A DNA stretch of 64,000 bases from Alphaproteobacteria bacterium (GCA_963555825.3 CAUVXB020000002.1:1504001-1568000); one strand, 5' to 3'. Counted from the stretch's first letter, positions 36,834-47,634 are shown. Numbers and translations: made by a program. The notes: a model not told the origin generated them from the letters alone.

Positions 36834-39289
36834 GGCGTCGCTCCGCGCGTGCGGATGCCATCGGGATCGTAGGGCGGGCGCGGCAAGGGCGACAAGGCGA
36901 AGCGTTCGCCCGCGACGCCGATCTCGTAACGCCCCTCGAAGGCCACCGCCCGGTCGTCGCCGGGCCGCGTCTCGACATAGCCGAGGCACAGCGCGAGATC
37001 GGTGCGCAAGCCACGGGCGCCCGACGTCGTCCGCCCGACCAGGCGGCCGTCGCGGTAGATCGGCTCGTCGTGCAGCAGCAGCGGATGGGCGCCCGCGACC
37101 GCGAGCAGCAGCAGGCGGCGCGCGAGGCCCGCGTCGCGCCGCGCGCTGAGCGCCTCGCGGCCGAGGAAACCGCCCGGCTTGTCCCAGGCGACGGCGAAGC
37201 CGAGACCGGCCTCGAGCGGCGTGTCATCGGGGCCGATGTCGTGGCCCCAGTGGCGGAAGCCTTTCTCTATGCGGCAGGCGTCGAGGCAGTAATGGCCAGC
37301 ATGCGCCAGGCCGTGCGGCGCGCCGGCCCCGGCCAGCGCGGCGTGGACACGCTCGGCGTGTTCGACCGGCATCGAGAGCTCCCAGCCGAGTTCACCGACG
37401 AAACTGACACGCGTCGCCCAGACCGGTGCGGTGGCGATCTCGAGGTCTTGCGCGGTCGAGAACGGGAAGGCGGCGTTCGACAGATCGGCGCCCGTGAGCG
37501 CCTCGAGCAGCGCCCGCGCCGCGGGGCCCATGACGCCGATGACGGCCTCGGCCTCGGTCGCGTCGACGATTGCCGTGTCGTCACCGCGCTGGTCGCGCGA
37601 GCGCGTCATCCAGGCCAGGTCCTTCCAGCGCGTCGCGGCGCCGCTGATGACCCGGAAGTCGGTCTCGCCGCGGCGCGTGACGGTCACGTCGGCCTCGATG
37701 CCGCCGTGGCGGTTGAGCATCTGCGAGTAGACCACGTGTCCCGCTTCGACGTCGACGTCGTTGGCCGAGAGATGCTGCAGCAGCGCGAGCGCGTCCCGCC
37801 CGGTCACGTCGATCTTGGTGAACGGCGTCAGTTCGAGAAGCGCGACGCGGTCGCGCAGCGCCTCGGCCTCGCGCCGCGCCGGTCGCCACCAGCCCTGATC
37901 GCCGTAGCTGTAGGCGATATCGCGCTCGGCCGGCGTCGCGGCGAACCACAGCGGCCGTTCCCAGCCGCCGGCCGGCGCGCCGAACACGGCGCCGGCCTCG
38001 GCGAATACCTGGTGCAGCGGCGAGCGCCGGATGTCCCGCCCGGTCTGGTACCGCTTGTAGGGCCAGTGCATGGCGAACTGGTCGCCGACCGCCTCCTGAA
38101 CCCGCGCGGACAAAAAAGTATCGTCCACCGACTGGTGGTCGAAGCGCGCGACGTCGACTTCCCACAGATCCATCGGCGGCTCGCCGCCAGCGATCCATTC
38201 GGCCATCGCCTTGCCGACGCCGGCCGACGACATCATGCCGATCGAGTTGAACCCGGCGGCGACGTAGAAGCCCTTGAGGAACGGCGATTCGCCCATCGCC
38301 TGACGGGTGTCGGGCGTGAAGCCCTCGGGGCCGTTCATCAGGCGCTGAATTCCGGCGTGCTCGAGCGCCGGGACGCGGTGCAGCCCGGCGCTCATGAACG
38401 GCTCGAACTGGTCCCAGTCCTCGGCGAACTCGATAAACGGCCGCTCTCCGCCGGGACCGTCGGCATCCCACGGCTTGGCGTTGGGCTCGAAGCCGCCGAG
38501 CACCAGCTTGCCGGCATCGGCCTTGAGGTAGATGCCGGCGTCGAGGTCGCGGACGATCGGGAAGGGTTCGGCGAGATCGGCGATCGGCTCGGTCACGACG
38601 TACATGTGCTCGACCGCCTGGACCGGCACCGGCACGCCGGCCATGGCGCCGACCGCGCGGCTCCACACGCCGGCGCAGTTGACGACCGCCGCGCAGCGCA
38701 CCGTCTCGCCGCTGGTCAGGCGCACCGCGCGCACCGCGCCGTTCTCGACCTCGATGCTGGCGCATCCGACGCCCTCGCGGATGCGCACGCCGCCCGCCCG
38801 CGCACCCTTGGCGTAAGCCATGCAGATGTCGACCGGGTTGGCCTGGCCATCGGCCGCGACCCAGAGCGCGCCAGCGAGGTCGTCGATGCGCAGCCCGGGC
38901 AGCTTCGACGCGATCTCATGGGCGTCCAAGACGCCGACCTCGAGCCCGGTCATCTCGCCCATCGCGGCGATGCGCCGGATCTCGGTCAGGCGCGCCGCGC
39001 TCTGGGCGAGCCACAGGCCGCCGGTCTGGACATAGCCGGTGCCCTGGCCGGTTTCCGCCTCGAGCCGGCCGAACAGCTCGGTCGCGTAGATCGCCAGCTT
39101 CGTCAGGTTCATGCTCGCCCTTAGCGGACCGACGATGCCCGCGGCGTGCCACGAGGTGCCGCTGGTCAGCCCGTTGCGCTCGATCAGCAGGACGTCGTCG
39201 ATGCCCAGCTTGGCCAGGTGATAGGCCGTGCCGAGTCCGATGACGCCGCCACCGATGATGACGACCTTCGCCGCGCCAGCCGAAACCAT
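36830..39289 (-). CDS. Second GcvT-family FAD-dependent oxidoreductase
   Basis: GGGVIG, TSGTSWHAAG, GPEGFTPD, GWERP, VSFVGELGWE, CRIEKGF. Confidence 0.92.
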   Translation of the reverse strand: MVSAGAAKVVIIGGGVIGLGTAYHLAKLGIDDVLLIERNGLTSGTSWHAAGIVGPLRASMNLTKLAIYATELFGRLEAETGQGTGYVQTGGLWLAQSAARLTEIRRIAAMGEMTGLEVGVLDAHEIASKLPGLRIDDLAGALWVAADGQANPVDICMAYAKGARAGGVRIREGVGCASIEVENGAVRAVRLTSGETVRCAAVVNCAGVWSRAVGAMAGVPVPVQAVEHMYVVTEPIADLAEPFPIVRDLDAGIYLKADAGKLVLGGFEPNAKPWDADGPGGERPFIEFAEDWDQFEPFMSAGLHRVPALEHAGIQRLMNGPEGFTPDTRQAMGESPFLKGFYVAAGFNSIGMMSSAGVGKAMAEWIAGGEPPMDLWEVDVARFDHQSVDDTFLSARVQEAVGDQFAMHWPYKRYQTGRDIRRSPLHQVFAEAGAVFGAPAGGWERPLWFAATPAERDIAYSYGDQGWWRPARREAEALRDRVALLELTPFTKIDVTGRDALALLQHLSANDVDVEAGHVVYSQMLNRHGGIEADVTVTRRGETDFRVISGAATRWKDLAWMTRSRDQRGDDTAIVDATEAEAVIGVMGPAARALLEALTGADLSNAAFPFSTAQDLEIATAPVWATRVSFVGELGWELSMPVEHAERVHAALAGAGAPHGLAHAGHYCLDACRIEKGFRHWGHDIGPDDTPLEAGLGFAVAWDKPGGFLGREALSARRDAGLARRLLLLAVAGAHPLLLHDEPIYRDGRLVGRTTSGARGLRTDLALCLGYVETRPGDDRAVAFEGRYEIGVAGERFALSPLPRPPYDPDGIRTRGATP

Positions 39290-39423
39290 GTCGTGCCATC
39301 CGCCCCCAGACTCGTCACGAAACGCGCGTTATCCCGAGCGCGACGGCACATTATTAGATAAACTCGCGCTCGAGAGTCGATATCGCCAAAACGGGGCCGC
39401 CCGGCGAGACGAGGACACCCGCC

Positions 39424-40734
39424 ATGAACGAAACGTCATCCGCCGTCGACTGGTCGACCGAGGCCATCGTCGCGCGCCGCGAGCGGTTCTACGCGGCGAC
39501 GCAGCGCAAGTTCGTGCCCTACCAGACGCCGCAGATCTTCCGGCGCGGCGAGGGCCAGTACCTGTGGGACGAGGACGACAGGCGCTACATCGACCTGTTG
39601 GGCATGAACGTCTGCATCTCGGTCGGCCACGCCCACCCCGAGGTGGTGCGCGCCGCGGCCGAGCAGATGGCCGAGCTGACCCACTGCACGACGATGTTCT
39701 ACCACCCGGTGCCGGCGCATTTCGCCGAGGAGCTGGCGGCGACCATGCCGGCGGGCCACGACTGGGTCGTCCATTTCACCAACAGCGGTACCGAGGCGAT
39801 CGATCTCGCGCTTCTGATGGCGCGCAGCCACACCGGCAACGTCGACATGCTGTCGCTGCGCACGAGCTATCACGGCGCGACCTTCGGCGCCCAATCGCTG
39901 ACCGGCATCTCAGGCTTCCGCCACAACGTGCCGCAGCTTGGCGGCGTCGCCTTCGTCGCCGAGCCGAACCAGTACCGCGGCGCCTTCGGCGAGGGCATCC
40001 AGCCCTATCTCGACGACATCGAGCGGGCGATCCATTTCGAGACCAGCGGCCGGCTCGCCGGCATGATCATCGAGCCGGTGCAGGGCTACGGCGGCATCGT
40101 ACCGATGCCTGACGGCTATATCGCCGGCGCGTTCGAGCGCGTGCGCGCGGCGGGCGGCGTCGGCATCGTCGACGAGGTGCAATCGGGCTTCGGGCGCACC
40201 GGCGATCACTTCTGGGCGTTCGGGGCCGACGGCGTGGTGCCCGACATCGTCGTCATGGCCAAGGGAATCGGCAACGGTTTCCCGCTCGGCGCCGTCGTCG
40301 CCAAGCGCGCGATCGCCGAGGCGATGGCCGACAAGTTCCTGTTCCACACCTATGGCGCCAACCCGGTCGCCTGCGCCGCCGGGCGCGCCGTCTTGCGCGT
40401 CATCGCCGGCGAGAAGCTGCAGGACAACGCGCGCGTCGTCGGCGCCGCCTTGCTCGCCGAACTCGGCAAGCTCGCCGAGCGTCACCCGGTGATCGGCGAC
40501 GTCCGGGGCAAGGGGCTGATGATGGCGATCGAGCTGGTCAAGGACCGCGGCACCAAGGAGCCCGACCCCGAAACCACCGCCAGGGTCTTCGAGGCGACCC
40601 GGCGCGAGGGGCTGGTGGCCAGCAAGTCGGGCCCGCACCGCAGCGTCATCCGCATGGTGCCGCCGCTCTGTCTCTCGATGGCCGACGTCGCGGCGGTCTC
40701 CGACAAGATGGAACGCTGCTTCACGGCGGTCTGA
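39424..40734 (+). CDS. Class III aminotransferase (AGXT2-like)
   Basis: NSGTEA, EPVQGYGG, DEVQSGFGRTG, AKGIGNGFPLG. Confidence 0.9.
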   Translation: MNETSSAVDWSTEAIVARRERFYAATQRKFVPYQTPQIFRRGEGQYLWDEDDRRYIDLLGMNVCISVGHAHPEVVRAAAEQMAELTHCTTMFYHPVPAHFAEELAATMPAGHDWVVHFTNSGTEAIDLALLMARSHTGNVDMLSLRTSYHGATFGAQSLTGISGFRHNVPQLGGVAFVAEPNQYRGAFGEGIQPYLDDIERAIHFETSGRLAGMIIEPVQGYGGIVPMPDGYIAGAFERVRAAGGVGIVDEVQSGFGRTGDHFWAFGADGVVPDIVVMAKGIGNGFPLGAVVAKRAIAEAMADKFLFHTYGANPVACAAGRAVLRVIAGEKLQDNARVVGAALLAELGKLAERHPVIGDVRGKGLMMAIELVKDRGTKEPDPETTARVFEATRREGLVASKSGPHRSVIRMVPPLCLSMADVAAVSDKMERCFTAV

Positions 40735-40765
40735 ACGGCGCATACCGCACGTACCGCGCCACTAT

Positions 40766-40962
40766 TAAACGTAAGCAGTATACATTTAACTACCGCGCGC
40801 CGCCAGTAAACGTAAGCAGTATATATTTATTCGTGGTGTTCAGACCGAGCCGAGTGTCGCGGCACTGACGAATGTGTTTCGCCGCCAGGTCGGCCACACG
40901 AGGGCCCGCAAGCCGGCGATCCGCCCCGCCGGCCGGCATAAAATGTATACTGCTTACGTTTA
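40766..40962. repeat. Three copies of AT-rich 22-mer TAAACGTAAGCAGTATACATTT (two direct, one inverted)
   Basis: 40766-40787, 40807-40828 (1 mismatch), 40941-40962 (reverse). Confidence 0.9.
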
Positions 40963-40983
40963 ACACGCGCCGGCCGTGGCGCG

Positions 40984-41379
40984 CTAGAACTTCTTGTAGG
41001 CTTTCTTGAGCGCGATCAGCGGGTGGTTGGGCGACATCTGGAACTTTACCAGGAGTTCGCGCGCGATCATGTCGCGGTCCTGCTGGTTGTCGGGCAGTTC
41101 CATGTCCTCGGGCACCGTGACCCAGCCGTTGATGTTGCGGTCGAACACCGCCGAGCGGCCCTCTTCGTAGCCCATGTGGACGTCCTCGAGCCAGTTGAGG
41201 TCCTGCCAGCCCATGTGCTCCATGTAGCGCGCCAGGAACGGCGTCAACTTCGAGTAATCGGGCAGCAGGTTGATGTCGTAGCGGTAACCGATGTGCTGGC
41301 CGATTTCCTGCTCGCGCGCGGTGTCGATGCCCGACTGCTTGAGGAAGTAGTCGACGTCGGTCGTCTTGTTTTCGGCCAT
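40984..41379 (-). CDS. Hypothetical protein, last gene of the mgs operon
   Basis: RBS ggagg, 9 nt after the mgsC stop; host-like codon usage. Confidence 0.85.
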   Translation of the reverse strand: MAENKTTDVDYFLKQSGIDTAREQEIGQHIGYRYDINLLPDYSKLTPFLARYMEHMGWQDLNWLEDVHMGYEEGRSAVFDRNINGWVTVPEDMELPDNQQDRDMIARELLVKFQMSPNHPLIALKKAYKKF

Positions 41380-41388
41380 GGCTGCCTC

Positions 41389-42738
41389 CTAGTAGCGCGT
41401 CATGTCGGGCCGGCCGACCGTGTGCTGCGTGCCGGCGAGCGGCACCATGGCCATCGCCGAGGCCTCCATGGTCAAGGCCGCGAGGTCCTCGGGCTCGAGC
41501 GAATGAACGTCGGTCTTGCCGCAGGCGCGCGCCATCATCTGGCACTCGATGGTGAGCGTGTGCAGGAAGTTGTAGACCCGCTCGGAGGCCTCGTCGGGGT
41601 CGAGCCGGGCGCGCAATTTCGGGTCCTGCGTCGCCACGCCGACCGGGCAGCGCCCGGTGTGGCAGTGATAGCAATAGCCCGCCGGCACGCCGATCTCGTT
41701 CTCGAAGTCGGCTTCCGGGATGTCCTTGTTGCAATTCAGCGCGACCATCGCCGAGGTGCCGATGGCGACCGCGTCGGCGCCCAGCGCCAGCGCCTTGGCG
41801 AGATCGCCGCCGTTGCGGATGCCGCCGGCATAGATCAGCGTGATATCGCCCGACTTGCCGAGATCGTCGAGCGCCTTGCGCGCCTGGCGGATCGCCGCGA
41901 TACCGGGCACGCCGGTCTCCTCGGTCGCCAGATGCGGCCCGGCGCCGGTCGAACCCTCCATGCCGTCCAGGTAGATCGAGTCCGGGTCGCATTTGATCGC
42001 CATGCGGACGTCGTCGAAGACGCGCGCCGAGCCCAGCTTTAGCTGGATCGGGATTTCCCAGTTGGTCGCCTCGCGGATCTCCTGGATCTTGAGCGCCAGG
42101 TCGTCGGGGCCGAGCCAGTCGGGATGGCGGGCCGGCGAGCGTTGGTCGATGCCGGCCGGCAGCGAGCGCATTTCGGCGACCTGATCGGTCACCTTCTGGC
42201 CCATCAGATGGCCGCCGAGGCCGACCTTGCAGCCCTGGCCGATGAAGAACTCGCAACCGTCGGCGAGCTGCAGGTGATGCGGGTTGAAGCCGTAGCGCGA
42301 CTGGATGTTCTGGTAGAACCACTTCGACGAATAGCGCCGCTCGTCGGGGATCATGCCGCCTTCGCCCGAGCACGTCGCGGTGCCCGCCATGGTCGCGCCG
42401 CGCGCCAGCGCCATCTTGGCCTCGTACGACAGCGCGCCGAAGCTCATGCCGGTGATGTAGACCGGGATGTCGAGCTCCAACGGCCGCTTGGCGCGCGGGC
42501 CGATGACCGTCTTTGTCAGGCACTTCTCGCGGTAGCCTTCGATGACGAAACGCGTCAGCGTGCCGGGCAGGAAGGTCAAATCGTCCCAGGTCGGGATCGT
42601 TTTGAACAGCGCCATACCGCGCATGCGGTAGCGGCCGAGCTGCGCCTTGATGTGGATGTCGTCGATGACCCGGGGCGTGAACAGAAAGTTCTGCCCGAGG
42701 ACGTCTTTGTTGCGGCCTTCGCCGTTGCCGTTCGTCAT
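41389..42738 (-). CDS. mgsC: FMN-binding glutamate synthase-family subunit (N-methylglutamate synthase C-like)
   Basis: MSFGALS, SGEGGM, GQGCKVGLGGHL, SPARHPD, GGIRNG, CHTGRCPVGVATQ; three-gene split arrangement. Confidence 0.75.
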   Translation of the reverse strand: MTNGNGEGRNKDVLGQNFLFTPRVIDDIHIKAQLGRYRMRGMALFKTIPTWDDLTFLPGTLTRFVIEGYREKCLTKTVIGPRAKRPLELDIPVYITGMSFGALSYEAKMALARGATMAGTATCSGEGGMIPDERRYSSKWFYQNIQSRYGFNPHHLQLADGCEFFIGQGCKVGLGGHLMGQKVTDQVAEMRSLPAGIDQRSPARHPDWLGPDDLALKIQEIREATNWEIPIQLKLGSARVFDDVRMAIKCDPDSIYLDGMEGSTGAGPHLATEETGVPGIAAIRQARKALDDLGKSGDITLIYAGGIRNGGDLAKALALGADAVAIGTSAMVALNCNKDIPEADFENEIGVPAGYCYHCHTGRCPVGVATQDPKLRARLDPDEASERVYNFLHTLTIECQMMARACGKTDVHSLEPEDLAALTMEASAMAMVPLAGTQHTVGRPDMTRY

Positions 42739-42795
42739 TGTCACTTTCCCTTCGCGTCTCGGCAGCCGTCGTAGCGGCGGGTTTGAAACCCGCCC

Positions 42796-43638
42796 CTACA
42801 GCACCAGTTTCTTTTCATGCGGCTCGAGATTGTCGTAGTTCCAGAGCTGCTTGCCGGCGACGATCTTCTGCAGGTTCTCGACACCATTGGGCGCCGTGAG
42901 CCCGTACTGCTTGAGTTTGGCGTCGAGCCAGGCGGCGTCGACGTCGGTCATCTCGCCGGGCACCGCGTCGACGCCGAGCGATGCGATCGCGCCGCCGACG
43001 TAGATCGTGCCGTCGTACATCGAATCGCCCAGGTTCTTTCCGGCGTCGCCGAGCACGACCATGCGGCCGCGCTGCATCATGAAGCCCGAGAACGCCCCGG
43101 TGCGACCGCCGACGATGATCGTGCCGCCCTTCTGGTCGATGCCGGTGCGCGCGCCGACGTCGCCCATGCAGATCAGGTCGCCGCCGCGGATCGCCGCGCC
43201 GAAGCACGAGCCGGCGTTCTTCTCGATGACCACCGTGCCGGCCATCATGTTCTCGGCGCAGGACCAGCCGACGCGACCCGAGATATGCACGTTGGGACCG
43301 TCGATCAGACCGACGCCGAAATAGCCCAGGCTGCCCTCGAAACGGAGCTGAAGGCGGTTCAGGATGCCGACGCCGAGCGAATGCTTGGCGAGCGGGTTCT
43401 TGATCACGATGGTGCCGTAACCCTCGGCCATCAGCTCGCGGATCTTGAGATTGATCGCCTTGATGTCGATCTCGCCGGCGTCGAATTCGGCACGCTTGTT
43501 GAAGTCGACGTCGAAGCTGTCCGGCTGGACGAAATTTTCCTCCTCGGCCGGCGAGAAGAAGACCTGCTGGGTGCGCCCACCGAGCTGTTCGGTGTGCAAG
43601 CCCATTTCGTAGGATTTGTCGTCGCTTACGTGCGCCAT
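42796..43638 (-). CDS. mgsB: GXGXG glutamate synthase-type subunit (MgsB-like)
   Basis: Gly-rich beta-helix repeats (GARTGIDQKGG, GFMMQRG, GDSMYDG). Confidence 0.75.
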   Translation of the reverse strand: MAHVSDDKSYEMGLHTEQLGGRTQQVFFSPAEEENFVQPDSFDVDFNKRAEFDAGEIDIKAINLKIRELMAEGYGTIVIKNPLAKHSLGVGILNRLQLRFEGSLGYFGVGLIDGPNVHISGRVGWSCAENMMAGTVVIEKNAGSCFGAAIRGGDLICMGDVGARTGIDQKGGTIIVGGRTGAFSGFMMQRGRMVVLGDAGKNLGDSMYDGTIYVGGAIASLGVDAVPGEMTDVDAAWLDAKLKQYGLTAPNGVENLQKIVAGKQLWNYDNLEPHEKKLVL

Positions 43639-44561
43639 ACCCGGACCTCCCCTTCGTAAGGGTCGGAGGTGTCGATTTCGGCGGGGAAGATGCTGCGGAT
43701 CGCGACCTCCTCCGACGCCAACGCGATGAAGTCGTCCGACTCGTAGAGCACCATCGGCTTGGCCGCCATGACGTCCTTGGCCATGCCCAGGCTGTCCGAG
43801 GTCGCGACCACATAGGTGAACACGCCGTCGAGTTCGTCGATCGAGTTGGTCATCGCCTCCTCGAGGCCCTGGCCCTTCTCCTGGCGGTCGGCGAGGTAGA
43901 CGGCGATGAGTTCCGAATCGCAGTTCGACATGAAGCGGTGGCCGCGGTGCTCGAGCTCGCGCCGGTTCTTCCAGTAGTTGGTCAGCTGACCGTTGTGGAC
44001 CACCGAGATATCGCGGAACGGATAGGCCCAGTAGGGGTGCGCCGAGCGGATGTCGACGTCCGATTCGGTCGCCATGCGAGTGTGGCCGATGGCGTGGGTG
44101 CCGACGAAGCCCTTGAGGTCGTACTGCTCGGCGACCCGCGTCGCGTCGCCGAGGTCCTTGATCAGTTCAAGGCCGTCGCCGATCGACAGGATCTCGACGC
44201 CCTCGATGTCCTCGAGGTAGTCGGCGAGGCGTCTGAGATCGCCGTCGAAGCTGATGAGGTAGCGAAGCGCGTACTCGGTCGCCTTATGGGCCTCGACGAT
44301 CTCGCCGCCGAGCGACACGATGCGCCGGTCGACCTCGGCCTGGCGCTCTTCGACCTGGCCGTGGATGTCGAAACCCTTCGACATGTCTTCTTGCTCGGCG
44401 ACCTTGAAGCGCATCACGAGCTGGCCGTCGGTCGGCAGGCCGTAGACGGCGAACCCGGTCGAATCGGGGCCGCGGTGCCTCAACGACTGCAGCATCGAGG
44501 TCATCTCGCTGCCGATGTCGCCGCTGGCGCCGCGATGGATGATTCCGGCAATACCACACAT
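43626..44561 (-). CDS. mgsA: Class II glutamine amidotransferase subunit (MgsA-like)
   Basis: MCGIAG, HRGPDSTG, GHTRMATES, VHNGQL, CDSE. Confidence 0.75.
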   Translation of the reverse strand: MCGIAGIIHRGASGDIGSEMTSMLQSLRHRGPDSTGFAVYGLPTDGQLVMRFKVAEQEDMSKGFDIHGQVEERQAEVDRRIVSLGGEIVEAHKATEYALRYLISFDGDLRRLADYLEDIEGVEILSIGDGLELIKDLGDATRVAEQYDLKGFVGTHAIGHTRMATESDVDIRSAHPYWAYPFRDISVVHNGQLTNYWKNRRELEHRGHRFMSNCDSELIAVYLADRQEKGQGLEEAMTNSIDELDGVFTYVVATSDSLGMAKDVMAAKPMVLYESDDFIALASEEVAIRSIFPAEIDTSDPYEGEVRVWRT

Positions 44562-44657
44562 GGCAGTTTTGCTCCTTTGCGTTTGGCGTGGCGCCGCCCG
44601 TCGCCAATAAATTCAGAGGCGGGCGGCGCCGATCGATTCAGATGCGGGCTAGCCGGC

Positions 44658-46133
44658 CTATGGCAGGCAGTCCCAATAGGTCTGCAAGTCCCATTCCGTG
44701 ACGGTGGCGTTGTACTTCTCCCATTCGTCGCGCTTGTAGTGGGTGAACACCCGGTACATATCGCCGGGCAGCCCGGCCTTGACGATCTCGTCGGCCTCCA
44801 GCCGCTCGAGCGCCTCGCCGAGCGACATCGGCAGCTTGGTGACCTGCTTGCCGGCCTCCATGGCCTCGTAAATGTTGCGCTCCTCGGGCTCGCCCGGGTC
44901 GAGGTCGCGGGCGATGCCGTCGTCGAACACCGTGAGCAGGGAGGCGGCCAGCAGGTAGGGGTTGACCATCGAATCGACCGAGCGGTACTCGAAGCGACCG
45001 GGCGCCGAGATGCGCAGCGCGCAGGTGCGGTTCTGGTAGCCCCAATCGGCGAAGACCGGCGCCCAGAAGCCGGTGTCCCACAGGCGGCGGTAGGAATTCA
45101 CCGTCGAGGAACCCAGCGCGGTCAGGGCGCCGACATGTTCCATGACGCCGCCGATGCATTGCAGGCCGATCGGGCCCGGTTTGCGGGCATCGAGTTCGGG
45201 CACCGGCATGAAGGTGTTCTCGCCGCCCTTGAGATGCATATAGACGCCGTCGACGCCCGGCCGCTGATCGACATGCGCGGTGTTGACGAGCTGCTCCTCG
45301 CCGCCGCGCCAGAGCGACATGTTGTGGTGGCAGCCGTTGGCCGAGACGCCCATGAAGGGCTTCGACATGAAGCAGGCGATGAGGTTGTTCTCGCGCGCCA
45401 CCTGAGCGCAAATCTGGCGGTAGGTGGCCAGTCGGTCGCTGTTGCGCATCGGCTCGTCGAACATCCAGTTGAGCTCGAGCTGGCCGGGGGCGTCCTCGTG
45501 GTCGCCCTGGATCATATCGAGGCCCATCGCCTGGCTGTACTCGATGACTTGCATGAACACCGGGCGTAAGCTCTCGAACTGGTCGATGTGATAGCAGTTG
45601 GGTTTCGAGAAGCCGCCGTCGGGCAGGCCGTCCTCGCCCTTCTTCAGCCACATCATCTCGGGCTCGGTGCCGATGCGCAGGTGAAGGCCGTCGTGCTTTG
45701 CCTTGAACTCGTCGTGGATGATGCGCAGGTTGCCGCGGCAGTCCGAAGTCAGATGGCCGCCGGGGTTGACTTGCTCCTCGCGATTGCGGAAGCAGGTGAC
45801 GAACACGCGGGCGACCCGCTTGTCCCAGGGCAGCTGGCAGAATGTCTCCGGATCGGGAATGCCGACCAACTCGGAAGACTCGGGACCATAGCCGATGTAC
45901 TGGCCGTGGCGGTCGACGAACAGGTTCGCGGTCGAGCCGTAGACCAGCTGGAAACCGCGCCCGGCGATCGCCTCCCAGTGGTCGGCCGGGATGCCCTTGC
46001 CGACGATGCGCCCGGTTACCGAGATGAACTGATAGTAAATATAGGTGATGCCGAGCTCGTCGATCTTGGCCCGAACTTCCCTGACCAGTTCGTCGCGACC
46101 CTCTTGTGCGACATGTGCCTCGAGATACGTCAT
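44658..46133 (-). CDS. Glutamine synthetase-like gamma-glutamyl ligase (GmaS-like by context)
   Basis: GTEPEM, HEDAPGQLE, KPFMGVSANGCH, NSYRRL, NRTCALR, FEYR; ATG 46133 with RBS ggggag. Confidence 0.85.
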   Translation of the reverse strand: MTYLEAHVAQEGRDELVREVRAKIDELGITYIYYQFISVTGRIVGKGIPADHWEAIAGRGFQLVYGSTANLFVDRHGQYIGYGPESSELVGIPDPETFCQLPWDKRVARVFVTCFRNREEQVNPGGHLTSDCRGNLRIIHDEFKAKHDGLHLRIGTEPEMMWLKKGEDGLPDGGFSKPNCYHIDQFESLRPVFMQVIEYSQAMGLDMIQGDHEDAPGQLELNWMFDEPMRNSDRLATYRQICAQVARENNLIACFMSKPFMGVSANGCHHNMSLWRGGEEQLVNTAHVDQRPGVDGVYMHLKGGENTFMPVPELDARKPGPIGLQCIGGVMEHVGALTALGSSTVNSYRRLWDTGFWAPVFADWGYQNRTCALRISAPGRFEYRSVDSMVNPYLLAASLLTVFDDGIARDLDPGEPEERNIYEAMEAGKQVTKLPMSLGEALERLEADEIVKAGLPGDMYRVFTHYKRDEWEKYNATVTEWDLQTYWDCLP

Positions 46134-46254
46134 GATGTGTCTCCCCAATCGTCACCAAATTGAAATTGCCCGCATCTTGCGTGCGTAACGGCTCGGCCGG
46201 CGCGGCCGGAACCCGCGATTATGTCGTCTCAATCTCCCTCTGCCACCGCCACTC

Positions 46255-47592
46255 CTAGCTCCACGGGAACGGGCTGTTCGACACCGGGTGCAACTTGCCC
46301 TCGGCGTAGCGTGAGAAGCGGAACGGCGCCAACAATCCGCTGCGCTCACCGACGATCTCGCCGGCGACCAGCTTGCCGATGCCGATCATCTTGTAGCCGT
46401 GGTTCGAGTCGGCGATGATGTGGCAGTTCTGGTGGAAGATATCGATCACCGGGAAGCTGTCCGGCGTGAAGCAGCCGATGCCGCCCGACGGTTCCTTCTT
46501 CCACTTGCCGATCTGACCCGAGAAGCGCTCCTGGCAGAACGCCAGCGCCGAGCACCACATGTGGGCGAACTGGTCGTCGACGATGAACTCGGGCGACTCG
46601 GGGCCGTAGGGATCGACCTGGACCTCGTCGACCGGCGTCTCGACCTTGTAGGGCATGGCGCCGCCCTGGATGCCGCCGAAGTTGAAGTCGGGCTTGTAGT
46701 AGATGCCCCACATCCGGTCGGTGATCAGCGAGCCGTCGACGTCGGAATAGAGCGGCGCGTCGGTGTCGACGTGGATGACCGGCGGCATCTGGCCGTCGTT
46801 GGTCTTCTGCAGGTCGGGATCGACGCCCAGCGTGCCCTCCTCGAGGCACCAGTAGCGCCACATGTCGATGCCCTGGTGCATCGTGCCGTCGCCGCCCTTG
46901 ATGTCGACCGTGCGCGGCAGGTCGAGCATCTTCCAGATCGCATTGACCCACGGTCCGACGCCGACGATGACGTGGTCGCACTCGATCGCGCCGCGGTCGG
47001 TCTCGACCGCCGCGACGGCGCCGCCGGTCAGCTTGAAGCCGGTGACCTCGACGCCGCTCAGGATTCGCACGCCCTCGTTCTCGGCCTTGGTCGCCAGGCC
47101 GTACATCGAGGCGGTATTGTTGGCGTAGCCACCCTTCTTCTCGTGCAGCACCGTGGTGATGCCCTTGGCGCGCCAGTCACTGAACATCGCCTTCATATAG
47201 GCGGTGCAATCGGCGTCGCCCTCGATGAACGCCGATGAGTAGCCGATCGCCTGCTGCTGCTGGTAGATCGTCGCGATGTCGGCGTGCATCGATTCCGGGC
47301 TGATCTGCATATAGCCGACCGGGTGGTAGCTGAAGGCTTCCGCGTCGCTCTCCCAGACCGCGACGCATTCGGCCATCAGTTCGCGCATCGCCGGCTGGAA
47401 ATAATTGTTGCGCACGACGCCGCAGGCGATGCCGCTGGCGCCGCTGCCGATGCCCGACTTGTCGACGACCACGATATCGGTGCCGTCGCCCCGGCCCTTG
47501 GCCTTCAGCTCGAGCGCGAGATGATACGCGCTGCTCAGGCCGTGGATGCCGGCGCCGATGACCACGTGTTTCGCGTGGCTGGGAAACGCCAT
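46255..47592 (-). CDS. FAD-dependent amine oxidoreductase (DAO/SoxB-like)
   Basis: GAGIHG, GASGIACGVVRNNY, FTPDSFPVI, HGYKM; ATG 47592 with RBS gagagg. Confidence 0.88.
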   Translation of the reverse strand: MAFPSHAKHVVIGAGIHGLSSAYHLALELKAKGRGDGTDIVVVDKSGIGSGASGIACGVVRNNYFQPAMRELMAECVAVWESDAEAFSYHPVGYMQISPESMHADIATIYQQQQAIGYSSAFIEGDADCTAYMKAMFSDWRAKGITTVLHEKKGGYANNTASMYGLATKAENEGVRILSGVEVTGFKLTGGAVAAVETDRGAIECDHVIVGVGPWVNAIWKMLDLPRTVDIKGGDGTMHQGIDMWRYWCLEEGTLGVDPDLQKTNDGQMPPVIHVDTDAPLYSDVDGSLITDRMWGIYYKPDFNFGGIQGGAMPYKVETPVDEVQVDPYGPESPEFIVDDQFAHMWCSALAFCQERFSGQIGKWKKEPSGGIGCFTPDSFPVIDIFHQNCHIIADSNHGYKMIGIGKLVAGEIVGERSGLLAPFRFSRYAEGKLHPVSNSPFPWS

Positions 47593-47634
47593 TGTCGTGC
47601 CTCTCGAATCATCGGACTTGACGGGAGCTTGTTT

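Noticed and set aside
40766-40962. CRISPR array from the 22-mer repeats
   Set aside because: Only two direct copies with a 19-nt gap, the third is inverted, and no cas genes are present.
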